A stretch of 64,000 nt of DNA from Lobosporangium transversale (taxonomy: Eukaryota). The translations under genes and the position numbers were made by a program. Below the pieces are notes generated by a model. That model saw only the letters and a program-made list of their open reading frames with translations. It did not search any database and was not told the DNA's origin. The stretch lies in NCBI RefSeq assembly GCF_002105155.1, contig NW_019028992.1, positions 124,001 to 188,000 of the forward strand, in the 5' to 3' direction. Positions 13,504 through 24,590 of the stretch are shown one piece after another. Position 1 is the stretch's first letter, and every line of letters starts with the position of its first letter.

Positions 13504-14820
13504 ATGGTTGTCAATGTTGCCATTGTCGGTGTAGGCCTTGTTGGCTCAGAATTTATTCGCCAAGTACTGACCACCCAGTCCAAAAAGATTGCCATTATCT
13601 CAGTGGCAAACTCCCGTAACTTCCTCACTTCATCCACCCCCTTGACCGCCTCTTGGAATGATGATCTCTCCTCTGCAGGACCAGCCACCAAGCCCTTCAG
13701 CCTCGAGAGCTTCACAGCTTCCTTGGCCACTTCCAAGGCTACTTACTCCACCGTAGTCTTGGACTGCACATCAAATGAATCTGTCGCTGCTTATTACCCA
13801 ACCTGGTTGGAGGCTGGATTCCATGTGGTAACCCCCAACAAAAAAGCTTTCTCGGGCGATTTAAATCTCTACAAGAAAATTAAACAATTGAGCAATGGTC
13901 AAAAGGGCTCTCCTTTAGTTTATCATGAGTCCACAGTGGGTGCTGGTTTGCCTGTCATCAACACCCTGAATGATCTGATCAACACTGGTGATAAGATCGT
14001 TAAAATTGAAGGTATCTTTTCTGGAACCCTCTCTTACATCTTTAACAACTTTTCGACCCTCGGCGCCTCTGCAAAGCCTGTCAAGTTCTCCGAGGTTGTC
14101 TCTGTTGCCAAAGAGCTTGGATACACTGTACGTTTATTTTATTTTATTTTTTTAGGAGTTCATTGATCAAATGTTGTCTTGTCGAAATAACACTTATACT
14201 CACACTGACTTTTTATTTTTTTTTATATTTTTTTAAATAAAAATAAAATTAGGAACCGGATCCTCGAGATGACTTGAATGGAATGGATGTAGCTCGCAAG
14301 GTTATTATCTTGGGTCGTGTAGCTGGCTTGGATCTTACTCAGGAGACCGTCCAGGTCGAGAACATCGTTCCTGAAGAGCTCCGCAATGCCTCCCCACAGG
14401 ACTTCATGGCCAAGTTGCCTGAATTTGATCAACACTTTGAAAATTTGAATCAAGAAGCCGTCCAGAATGGCCAAGTCCTGCGTTATGTTGGCCTTGTTGA
14501 CCCTGTTCATGGCAAGAGCAGCGTCACCCTTGCCAGGTAAAAGAATTTACTTTTTTTTTATTTTTTATATTTTTTAATGGTTATCTCTTCTATTGATGAT
14601 TTACAAAATGTACAATAAACTATTGAAAATGGGACGCATTCGAAATAGATACCCAGCCAGCCATCCCTTTGCATCATTGAAGGGTAGCGACAACATCATC
14701 GCCTTCACTACAGAACGCTTCCCGAGCCCCTTGATCATCCAAGGATCCGGCGCTGGTGCTGCCGTTACCGCCTTTGGAATTTACTCTGATATTCTCAAGA
14801 TTGCTGAACGTACTCAGTAA
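13504..14820 (+). CDS. HOM6: Homoserine dehydrogenase; exons 13504-14127, 14253-14536, 14649-14820
   Basis: Rossmann motif GVGLVG, VVTPNKK, YHESTVGAGLP, GIFSGTLSY, EPDPRDDLNGMDVARK and GAGAAVTA. Both introns are GT-AG and preserve frame. Confidence 0.95.
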
Positions 14821-15099
14821 ACTATAGAATAGAATTAAGATCATCTCATCCTGTTTATACTCACACCATACATTAAATCAAAATAAACATGCTCATTCCT
14901 GGACACCAAGGCATTGCGATCTCTGAAAAGAACAATACGCATGCAAAATGTACAATCGTTGTTTAGAAATAATTAGAGTTACGTGAGGGAAGAGTGCTGG
15001 CAAGATCGGTTGATTTTCCACAGGGTAGATTAATATGTACAATAAGCAGAAGTAGAATTGTTGCCAAGAGTCTCTTTTGTTCTCTCCACTTAAAGGGGT

Positions 15100-16652
15100 T
15101 TAAACATCAAATGTAAAATCTGAAAACGGCACCTGTACTTTGTCTTGATTCTCCAAGTCACCTAATCCCAACGTCTCATTAAACTCGCCCACATCCTTGA
15201 CCACCGGATCAGCTGTTTTCGTCTTTGAGATGACCTTTTCCTGATTACTTTCCACCCCCAAGATATCGTCTTCATCCTCGCTCAGCGATTCTTCTGATGC
15301 TTCATCTAAATCAAATACAAACCCGTCGAATGGTGGCCGAGTCTTGCTCTCATCTTCCAAATCCTTGATTCCAAAACAAAGACCATTTTTTCCGTGGCCT
15401 TTATTCTGTACATGACACATCTCTTCTCTGTCATCTTCCCAAACTATGTCATAATATCCATCGCTTGTGATCGTTGATTTCGGCATTGGTGCATCGGCGT
15501 CTTTAGCAACTGTGGCTGCCCCAGTCATCATTTTCTGGGGCGATGATGGACGTCTGGTATTTGCATCCATAACTGGGAGCGTAGTCTCATCAAGATCATC
15601 ATCTAATTCTTTAAGAGACCGTAGATTGTATGCCAGATCAGGTGGGGCGGTCGTGAGGGCGAAGGGATCAAGATCAAATCCTGGATCATATGACTGTTCC
15701 TCCACTGGCGGTGGACAGTACTCAATGTCCCACAAGTCATCCTCATTCTCCAATGCCCTCCGCTTAGTCGTATTCTCAGCAGCACCAACCACAATCTTTT
15801 CTTGACACTCTGCAGCTCTCTCGACAGATAGTAATGTTGTCGCAGACTCAACCGGTGCGGACCTAACAAGAGCCGTTGCAGGCCTAATCTCTTTCTCAGC
15901 ATCCTTGACCTTATTTTTATCGCTGCCATTAGTATTATTTTTGTCGGTGGCGGTAATAGTCTCACTGGTGCTTATTTTGGTGCTCATGGGTATGATGTTT
16001 GGTTCTTCAACTTGTGAAGTGCCAGGTTCATCTTTGTGAATAATAAGTCTGGTCTTTGCAGAGCCTCGTCTGGTCAGAGAGCGTCGTCTGGATTCCGACT
16101 GAGTAGGAGAGGTACTCAAAAAGTTGTTGCTACTACTATTGTTTTGGTTGGCTTCGAGAGCACTAAAGGTTCGTGTGAGGCTACTCTTGCCCTTACTGTT
16201 GGTTGTGTTGCTTAAGTCAACAGTTGGAGAAGGTTGTTGGAAATTGGTTTTTGTTCTCAACACGCTTGCGGCTAATATGATGTAGGAGCAAATAATGAAT
16301 AAAACGATATTCGGCGCAGAAATTTAGTTTGTTAACGCTGACTCCCTTGTGCAAAAAAATAAGAAAAAAAGATTACAATCATGGCCAGTGAGAGCTGAAT
16401 GTCCATATAAAACATACCCATGGGTGAGTTTACTGTCAAATTGGATCCTTTTCTCTGCAATGAGGGTGTTTTCGGTAATTCTCCCTTTAAAGGGTTCTGT
16501 AGCTTTGTTGATTGAGTGCGATTAGTGCCTATGAGGGAAGAGTTCTGTTTGAACAGTGGCGCGTGTGGACCAGCTCCACGGGCAGTGGTACTAGTCTCAG
16601 AGACGATGTCATTCTCTTTATCAACTGTCCGTCCACTTTGACTTGGATGCAT
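15100..16652 (-). CDS. Low-complexity protein with KEN box and DIEYxP motif, candidate securin; exons 16652-16418 and 16271-15100
   Basis: GT-AG intron 16272-16417 joins the 106-aa and 387-aa ORFs in frame. DKEN near the N-terminus, basic N-terminal half, acidic C-terminal half and WDIEYCPPP. Confidence 0.6.
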
Positions 16653-16852
16653 TTTATACTTTTTCCGCTACTGGATAAAACAAGACAAAAGGTTAGGATA
16701 AAGAGGAAGTAGAATCTGGGTCTTAGCTTTTAAATTTAAAGGCAAATCATGGAAATTAACAAGAGAATTACAGACATGAGCTTACTTCTCTTTTAGTGAT
16801 CTCATGCACGTGATATTTTATTTTTGCTTCTAATGCTGATAAAATAGGTCTA

Positions 16853-18076
16853 TTAAGGGTTCAATGGGTCAACATCCACAAAGCCGGCATTGGCCTTTCC
16901 TTTTCTTGAAGTCATGTATTCAAATCTCTTGGGATTATCAAGGATAAATTTTGGCAGATCTTTGTTGTTCGCAACATACTCGAATCGGTCCCAATCGCGC
17001 TCAAACAGATCTAACCCTTGGCTATACCGTTCTAGAATCCACTGACGTTCCTTGTACTTTGGCTGGTTATGCTCCGAATGCGAGTAAGATTCGACTTTGG
17101 TGATAACCTGGGTAATATTGGGAAAGCACCAGCTGCAATGATGGCATGCATCGCTTATGTAGGTGGCTTCATCCAAGTTACGGAACCCCCTCAGCCTCTC
17201 ACCTGCGTTCCTCCAATCATCTCTTGATAAATCGTGCATTGCTAGCCTTTGCTTCTCGCTCGCTTGTCTATCGAGACGTGGAGAATCAGACTCGCGATAG
17301 CGCACAATAACGGGTCCGTTCCATTGGCCATGAATGTGACGGAATTCATATGAGTAGTAGTAAAATTGGCAACCAAAACGGAAGATATCGCCTCCTGACC
17401 CTGGAGTTCCGTCGCCAAAGATTGTTCCCAAGTTAGATTGCGGATCCTGAAGCTTCATAGCCGTGATAACAGACGAGCGTGGAATCTCGTCGAGATCCGA
17501 GAGGACCAAGAAATCGCCTTCGACAGGGCGATGGATGTCTAGTGCTCTCCAAAAACCGATATTTCTAGTTGCTCTTTCAATCTCCCAGCCCCTTGGCTTG
17601 TCAGCAAAGTCAGATGTTGGAATGACTACATGGATAATCTTTTTACGGAAGACTTTGAAGCGCTCTTGGTTTTCATAATAGTGAAGAGGCTTTGTAATAC
17701 CGGAGAAGGTTATAGGCGACTCGATGATCACAAAGTAATCTACTACATCATACAGTTCATTCAGACGGATATCAAGCAGTTCGAGTTCGCTGTTGAGGAG
17801 AATGATATCGAAGACACGAGGGAATCTGGTTGTTGATATTGGTTGAGTCGTATGAGGTGTAGGGATAGAGACATCTTTGTGGGACTTTGAAGACGAGCTG
17901 AGACTGGTTTGATATCTTTCTTGGACGATCAGCATCATCATGATGAAGACCACTAGGCCTAGGCCCAGTTTTATGGGGTACGATAAAGAACGGCGGGACC
18001 AAGGAATTTTGCTGTATAGACCTCCATGGTTAGATACTGCTTCCGAAGTGAAAGGTAGGACTGAGTTGATAGTCAT
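16853..18076 (-). CDS. Glycosyltransferase family 17 (beta-1,4-GlcNAc transferase III-like), type II membrane protein, single exon
   Basis: N-terminal TM helix, ELELLDIRLNELYDVVDYFVIIES..TFSG..KPL, DxD motif SDLDEIP, HCSWCF and SYSHSEHN. Confidence 0.88.
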   Translation of the reverse strand: MTINSVLPFTSEAVSNHGGLYSKIPWSRRSLSYPIKLGLGLVVFIMMMLIVQERYQTSLSSSSKSHKDVSIPTPHTTQPISTTRFPRVFDIILLNSELELLDIRLNELYDVVDYFVIIESPITFSGITKPLHYYENQERFKVFRKKIIHVVIPTSDFADKPRGWEIERATRNIGFWRALDIHRPVEGDFLVLSDLDEIPRSSVITAMKLQDPQSNLGTIFGDGTPGSGGDIFRFGCQFYYYSYEFRHIHGQWNGPVIVRYRESDSPRLDRQASEKQRLAMHDLSRDDWRNAGERLRGFRNLDEATYISDACHHCSWCFPNITQVITKVESYSHSEHNQPKYKERQWILERYSQGLDLFERDWDRFEYVANNKDLPKFILDNPKRFEYMTSRKGKANAGFVDVDPLNP

Positions 18077-19044
18077 CCTAATTATTGTTTTACTTGTGAT
18101 TCAAGATGAAGTTCTATTGACATGACATTATAGATTATATGGTTAACAAGGAAGAAAAAAAAAAAAAAAAAAAAAGATGAGATGAGATGAGATGAAGTGA
18201 TGGGCTTTTTCAGACTTACGAGACAACTAAAGAAGAAAAAAAAAAAAGTTCAGGACAAATAGACAAAACTCGAAGACATGACAAAAAAAAAGGTTTTAAT
18301 GTATGAAACAAAATAATAAGGATAAAATAATACAGACAAGGAAGAAGGAAGAAAAGAGACCTCAATGCGCTAAAGGTGATAGTAAGGGAGAGAGAAAGGA
18401 GTGAGGTTTTATCAAAGAAAAGGGAGTTTAAAAATAATTGGGCCAACAAAGCATCGCCATTGCCTTTGCCTGCATACAAACAAACACAATCCCATCCAAT
18501 CAATCCAATCAAGAACATCACAATACACGACTAGATTATATAAATTATCACAGGCAATCTTGCAACTGAAAAGCTTTTCAACTAAAGAATTAAACAACTG
18601 GAGAGTCTTGTCTGTTTGTAACCTGTCCCTGGAAAAGAAAGATTGCAGACGATAAGAAAAGGGCAACATCAGCGGATGCCATTTTTATTTCTCTACATGT
18701 CTTTCAAGCGTTTGCAATAAAAAAAACGTGCCACGTTTCCTTTGAAGCGACCCACCTTCCTTGCGTTTGTTTGTTTGTACATGTATATATAACATCCTTT
18801 TCTTTTTTTATCTTGATCCTATCATCTGTATGTCTGGATATGGACAACATAGTTTCCCATCTGAAGTCAGGGGTTTGTTCTACGCCTTTTGGTGAATACA
18901 AAATCTTGACAATGGTCAATTCATCCTAGCAAACTCAAGGCAGATCAAAAGCAAGGAATAGCAAAAGAGAAATAGTTGAAAGGTGCCTGTTACACTTTCT
19001 TGATGTGATTTAGCTCCATTAGTTGTATATTATTCCCAAAAAAA

Positions 19045-19465
19045 GGATCTTTATGACTTGAATAGGATTAGTACCCCGGATTCCAGAGCAAGAACACGAG
19101 TTTAACCTGACCGCCAACATGCGCGCGTAGATTAAACCATCTTTGCCCTTGGTGACACAAAAAAAAACGCGCTATTCCATCGGAAATAGGTCTGACAGAT
19201 TGGTTCGTTCCAGTATTGTCATCCAGGCTTTATCTTTCCTTCAGTTGGTCCAATAGTCCAAAGTAACTACCGCTGTCAATGGTTGCGGCCCCCTGTCGAG
19301 AAGACAGAACATATAGGCCGTAGGCAAATGCAAGAACAAGTTCGAAAGCATTTAAAAGATCCCTTTGGGCTAATTGTCCTTGACCGGACATCCTTAGTCT
19401 CTTATGTCGCAGGTTAGAGTCGGAGGATAATTGACGACGGCCAAAGGAAGGCGAGTCATAGATTT
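19045..19465 (+). ncRNA. Unassigned putative structured RNA (multi-hairpin segment)
   Basis: Back-to-back helices seen by eye, several with G-U pairs on the + strand, plus a helix pairing the two ends (19052-19060 with 19452-19460). No ORF in the track covers the core and no known family was recognised. Confidence 0.35.
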
Positions 19466-19476
19466 AGTTGAAAATG

Positions 19477-19477
<1 letters not shown>

Positions 19478-19545
<68 letters not shown>

Positions 19546-19558
19546 CAGAGAGAGAGAG
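19478..19558. repeat. Compound (CA)n(GA)n microsatellite
   Basis: About 48 nt of CA repeat directly followed by about 33 nt of GA repeat. Confidence 0.97.
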
Positions 19559-19927
19559 AAGGACAACTGAGGAGGATGGGAAAGAAGAGTGGGGTTGTAA
19601 AGTAATTTCAGGAGATCGTCACGTTAAAGACTTGATATTGACAATGAGTTTATTTTGGTAGGCAATAATAATCGCAGATTGTACATGTAGTCAGGTGTAT
19701 GTACAATGATCCCGCCAAGACAAAGTTGTTTGTGACAGGAGCATTCTTAAAGCATTTTACATCTACAACAGATATTGTGGTACACATCCTTGGAGCCATT
19801 CTTGGAACATGTTAGATAAAGGACAATATTCAATACAGAATCCCAGAAAGGGTAACAATATGTTTTTTTTTATGATTTGATTTTTCTTTTTTCCTTTTCC
19901 TTTTCCTTTTCCTTTCCTTTTATCTTT

Positions 19928-21760
19928 TCATGATGTCTTTGGTTCAGATGATTCAGATGGCGTCATTTCACATCCTGGCCGATTCTTAGAATTAGTACGA
20001 TGACGACGGAGTGCGTCCAGGCGCGAAAACGACTTGCCACAACCGTTACAGATAAACGATTTATCGCCTCCATGAATCTTGACATGCCGTTTCAGATCAT
20101 GATTACGTGCAAAAGCAAAGCTGCATTCACTACAAATAAACGGTCGCTCGTCTGTATGCGTCCTCGAATGCGACTTGAGATTGTACAATCGTGCAAAGAC
20201 CTTATCACATCCTGCAAACTTGCATGGAAACGATGGCGCTCCTTCAGGGATCGATGCAGCTGTGTTCTGTGTCGAGGTCTTTGTGGTGCTTGGCTTTTTC
20301 CTTTTCCGGGGTGGTGGTGTCGGATCTGGTTTGGCAGGGTCAGAGCTTGATCCGAAATCAGAGCCCTGCACTGGGAAAGTTCCAAGTGGAGGATTCAAAA
20401 GTGCATTGCTAGTTGCGCTCAGATCAGACAATCCAGGAATTCCAGTGTTGGCGATAATGGTGGCTATTGCTTGCTGGATAACTTTTGCATTGGCATCCTG
20501 AAGTTCATCATTGCTCTCATCCTTAGGGTCAGGTGCCCATTTAAATTGTGTTTTCCCGGTGGCCTCATCATACGAAAAAAACGAAAGTCCTTGTGATAGG
20601 CCACTGGTAGATGTAGAAGATGTCAAAGTAGTTTGATCATGACTAGTCGCAGCGCTGGTCCCTGCTATATAGTGATTTTGATGAAGACTGAGGTTTTCAA
20701 GCGCTGTGTGGTCTAGCCCACTATTATTATGACCATTATTCTCAGCAGAAGGTGTGGGATTGGTCCCGTTGTTATTACTATTATCATTATTATTCTTGCT
20801 CTTATTGATTTCATTCTGCGTCGCGGTGAGGACAGCGCGCGTAAATGCTTCTGTGTCTGATTTAATACTGCTAGGCGACTCTGACTGCGTCGGGAAACTA
20901 ATGGCACGGGTAATGGACATGAGGGTATCTGACACGCTTTTTGCAGATTCATGGTTTCTCAAGGTATCCTCCATAGATTGCCCCTGTGTCGTTGCTGTTG
21001 TCGTGGGTAGTGTTTCTGACTTTGTCAATGCACCCTCTAGACTTGATGCCGAGGTCGTGGAAGGCATATTGATTGAGACTGCAGATGGGTTGCTGAGTGA
21101 GCGTGCAATGAGCTGCAAGGCCATTGCTGCTTGGTTTTGTTCGAATGCTTCCTGTGCTGACCGTTTCCCCGAGGGCTTCTCATTTGCTGGCGCTGATGAG
21201 GAAAGGGTTTGGCTAAGGGTGATATTAGCATCAAATCCTACAGCTGAAGCTTTGCTGGCGTCGGTATTTTCTTTTGGAGACTGATCGTCATGTAAAGTCT
21301 TTTCGGGGTTCTCCCGATGTAGATACTGTGATGGTGATAGTTTTGACGGAAGGGCTGTTAGCTGGGTTGATGACGGCAAGGGGTCAGGTTCGATGGGTTC
21401 CTTTAATCCAGTACTGGCTGCTGCAACTGTGGCGGCAACAGCAGCAACTGTGTCTTCCAAGATATTATTTTCAGGCGTGGCCGTGGCAGCATTCAATATT
21501 TTTTTATCAACATCGGAATCCTTATTCGTGATGGGTTTCAGCTCAGCATGGATAGGTTCAATGGATTTGGTGAGTGCTTCTGTCAGTAAGCGAATATTAT
21601 CCTGAATATCATCCAAGTCGGATTGGCTAATGCCAGAAGTGGTGTCTTGAGGCGAAACTATTGCTTGAGCAGGCGCAGAGTTCCCGACTAAATTGTTGGT
21701 TTGTATTGATGAGCCATCGGGTTCCTGATGGGACTTTTCATTACATTCTGTAGATTCCAT
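19928..21760 (-). CDS. C2H2 zinc-finger transcription factor with three C-terminal Crz1-like fingers
   Basis: [51 protein letters not shown]...[20 protein letters not shown]-like PRKRKK and a long Ser/Thr-rich N-terminus. Confidence 0.85.
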   Translation of the reverse strand: MESTECNEKSHQEPDGSSIQTNNLVGNSAPAQAIVSPQDTTSGISQSDLDDIQDNIRLLTEALTKSIEPIHAELKPITNKDSDVDKKILNAATATPENNILEDTVAAVAATVAAASTGLKEPIEPDPLPSSTQLTALPSKLSPSQYLHRENPEKTLHDDQSPKENTDASKASAVGFDANITLSQTLSSSAPANEKPSGKRSAQEAFEQNQAAMALQLIARSLSNPSAVSINMPSTTSASSLEGALTKSETLPTTTATTQGQSMEDTLRNHESAKSVSDTLMSITRAISFPTQSESPSSIKSDTEAFTRAVLTATQNEINKSKNNNDNSNNNGTNPTPSAENNGHNNSGLDHTALENLSLHQNHYIAGTSAATSHDQTTLTSSTSTSGLSQGLSFFSYDEATGKTQFKWAPDPKDESNDELQDANAKVIQQAIATIIANTGIPGLSDLSATSNALLNPPLGTFPVQGSDFGSSSDPAKPDPTPPPRKRKKPSTTKTSTQNTAASIPEGAPSFPCKFAGCDKVFARLYNLKSHSRTHTDERPFICSECSFAFARNHDLKRHVKIHGGDKSFICNGCGKSFSRLDALRRHRTNSKNRPGCEMTPSESSEPKTS

Positions 21761-22118
21761 AACTGACTATTAAGGACGCGTATCTGGTGGCTAATGCGTT
21801 GACAAAGTAAAATTGAATGAACTATTCCCAATAAATAATAAATGAAAAAAAAAAAAAAAAAAATGCAATTGATGAGAGACCGTTGTGTGATGCACGCGGC
21901 GTGCCCAAGATAATGTCAGGTGATGTGACTCGTACTTATAATTAAAGATAAACACTAAAAAAAAAAAATAGAAATGCTATTTCATGTGGTTCATCTTTTG
22001 TCAAGCATTCCAGTCAGATATACCATTCCCTACTTCTCTTTCTTCTTTCTTCTTATTCTCTTTGAAATAACAGCTTCATTGGTCTATTTTACACTGCATA
22101 TAAATATAATTACCAACC

Positions 22119-22563
22119 ATGCGTTTAGAAAAGTGCTATTTCTGCTCATCCACTTGTTACCCTGGACATGGTACAATGTTTGTGCGCAATGACTCGAAGG
22201 TGCGCCCCTGAAAATTGAATAAAGATATTAGTTATATGAAAGCAACAGCTGGCTTCATACAAACGCCTATTTACATCTGGACTTGGAACAGTAAAAGTGT
22301 AAAAAGGTCAAAGATTTTCGCTAACAGTTTGTTTATTCGATTCTTATATAATAAACTACTATAAACTGCTACCTCTAGACATTTCGCTTCTGCAGGTCAA
22401 AATGCCACAAGAACTTCAAGATGAAGCGTAACCCTCGTAAGGTCCGCTGGACTAAAGCCTTCCGCAAGGCTGCGGGCAAGGAGATGACTATCGTAAGTAG
22501 TGACTATTGTTTTCCTTTTTCAATCATATCCAAAGCTAATATAGTTGAATAAGCCCTCTAAAC

Positions 22564-22598
<35 letters not shown>

Positions 22599-22904
22599 GC
22601 TTGTGTCAACCAATAGGACTCTACATTCCAGTTCGAGAAGCGTCGCAATATTCCTGTTAGATACGACCGAGATCTCATGGCAACCACCATCAAAGCCCTC
22701 AAACGCTCACAAGAAATCAAGGCCAAGCGCGAGCGTGTGTTCTACAAGAGCAGGATGTCAGGCAACAAGCTGCGCCAGAAGGCCGAAAACCAGGCATTGG
22801 TCCAGAAGCACATCCATCTTGTCGACACACCTGCCATCAAGAACTTGGCTCAGGTCCAAAAGGTCGCTCAGAAGAGCAAGCTCATGGATGTCGATATGTC
22901 ATAA
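22119..22904 (+). CDS. RLP24: Ribosome biogenesis protein RLP24 (eL24-like), 3 exons
   Basis: Spliced translation [83 protein letters not shown]. The first two exons are missing from the ORF track. Confidence 0.93.
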
Positions 22905-23177
22905 AATTGATGTCGATTGTATCTCTTTAACACATTTCGCTGTATTCATGTTTTAGCATCATCACTATATCATAAATAAATAATACAATATTGGATATTT
23001 TGAACCCTGAGATGAGAGAACTAATATTCAATCATACAAGAGTATCTTTATCGCTAATGGAAATCGACATACGCCCAACCACAATCAAAGCAAGATTCCT
23101 CCTTAATCACAAACATATTCGAATTTCAAGTGGTGCTTCTTATTAATATTAATAGTATTATTATTGTTGATGGAAGA

Positions 23178-24559
23178 TCATATCATGCTTGAGTATGTTG
23201 AATATTGCATCGGGGACGACTCTTTGCCTTCGCTTATCTCACCTCCGCGATGGTGACTATGAGAGGAATAAGAGGCCAGCTCCTGCTGCAGATGAAGGGG
23301 ACGCGGATAATGGTATGAAAACGATGAATCGTAAGCTCTATCATTATCCAGTTGTTGTTCCTGCTCTAGCTGAATCTTAAGCATCTCTGGAAAGCATTGG
23401 TGGCCGCATCCTGTTGGACATTCTGCTGATTGCGAGAACCACTCCTGTGCATGCTGTAAATGAAATCCATGTGAACACTGTGTGCACCACGTAAAGACTC
23501 CTCGTACTGTCATATGACACACTGAGCACGAGCTCAGAACCTTGCGGCACTTATCGCAGGCCCAGAACCCAGATGATGTTGGTGCTCGAGATATTAAAGG
23601 CTTCATACAACTTGAACATGATGTGTGGATTGTAGTTGAGTCCTGATTCATAGTGTGAATTTCGGGATCCTTGCAAGCTTGCGAAACAGCCGTGGCGATG
23701 CTCCAGAGCTTGAACCTGGAAAGCAGATCGATGTACGATCCAAACCATTGTTGTGACCGACTAAATTCCGATAAATCTTTCTCATTGGCTAGTACAAGTA
23801 AAATAGTTACACACATTTGCACTTCGCCTTGCTCCGCATAGTACTCTAAAAGGTTACGGATAGTTTCTACATGCGACCAATCCCGCTTTATAGGCGCATC
23901 TGATACCTTGATAGCGAATAAACTTGGTACAGTTGGCTTTGCTGTCCGTGTCCCAGATAGTTCGGAACCTTCATTTTCGTCTTCATGTGCACGCCCATTC
24001 CTCTGTTTATTAGCAGCCTGGAAGGAGTGACCATAAAAAATATGAGTAAAGCCGATTCAGCTTCCGATATAGATTAATCAAGCAAGATGTTAGAGACTTC
24101 AGCACATGTCACACATACTGCAGCCATTTCAGTCGAAGCGGCATCCACTACGAGAAGTAACAAAAAGAATAAAAAGTTATTTTGTGATGAGTAAAAGTAG
24201 TCCGACGTTCTTCAGGTTCATTAGTTATGGTTATTTAAAAGTATACGGATCTCGCCTTGTGAAACAATTATTGCAGATTCCGCCATATCGCTATAAAACA
24301 GCTTGATAGCTGTCCATGTCTGTGAGTCGCGGAATTTATTTGCCTGCCAAGCTATATTTGAGTTATGCTCACATGCAGCTCGAACATTGTCTGAATCCAA
24401 CGAATAGTTTTGCGCGCAGTAGATAAACGCCTCATGGTTGAACAGTTCGCAATCGAATACACCTCCTGCCTGTCGCGTACGATATATTGTAGCCTGTGCC
24501 AATGGAGAAGTAATTGATGTGTGAATCTTTCTGAAGTGTATTCCCTACCAACTTTAAAC

Positions 24560-24590
<31 letters not shown>

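Noticed and set aside
19104..19130. aacctga...gcgtag resembling the 3' half of a TPP riboswitch
   Set aside because: The upstream CUGAGA element and the P5 loop consensus are missing, and no thiamine gene is adjacent.
19316..19325. Minus-strand gcctacggcc resembling the 5' end of 5S rRNA
   Set aside because: Similarity stops after 10 nt and no 5S internal control region follows.
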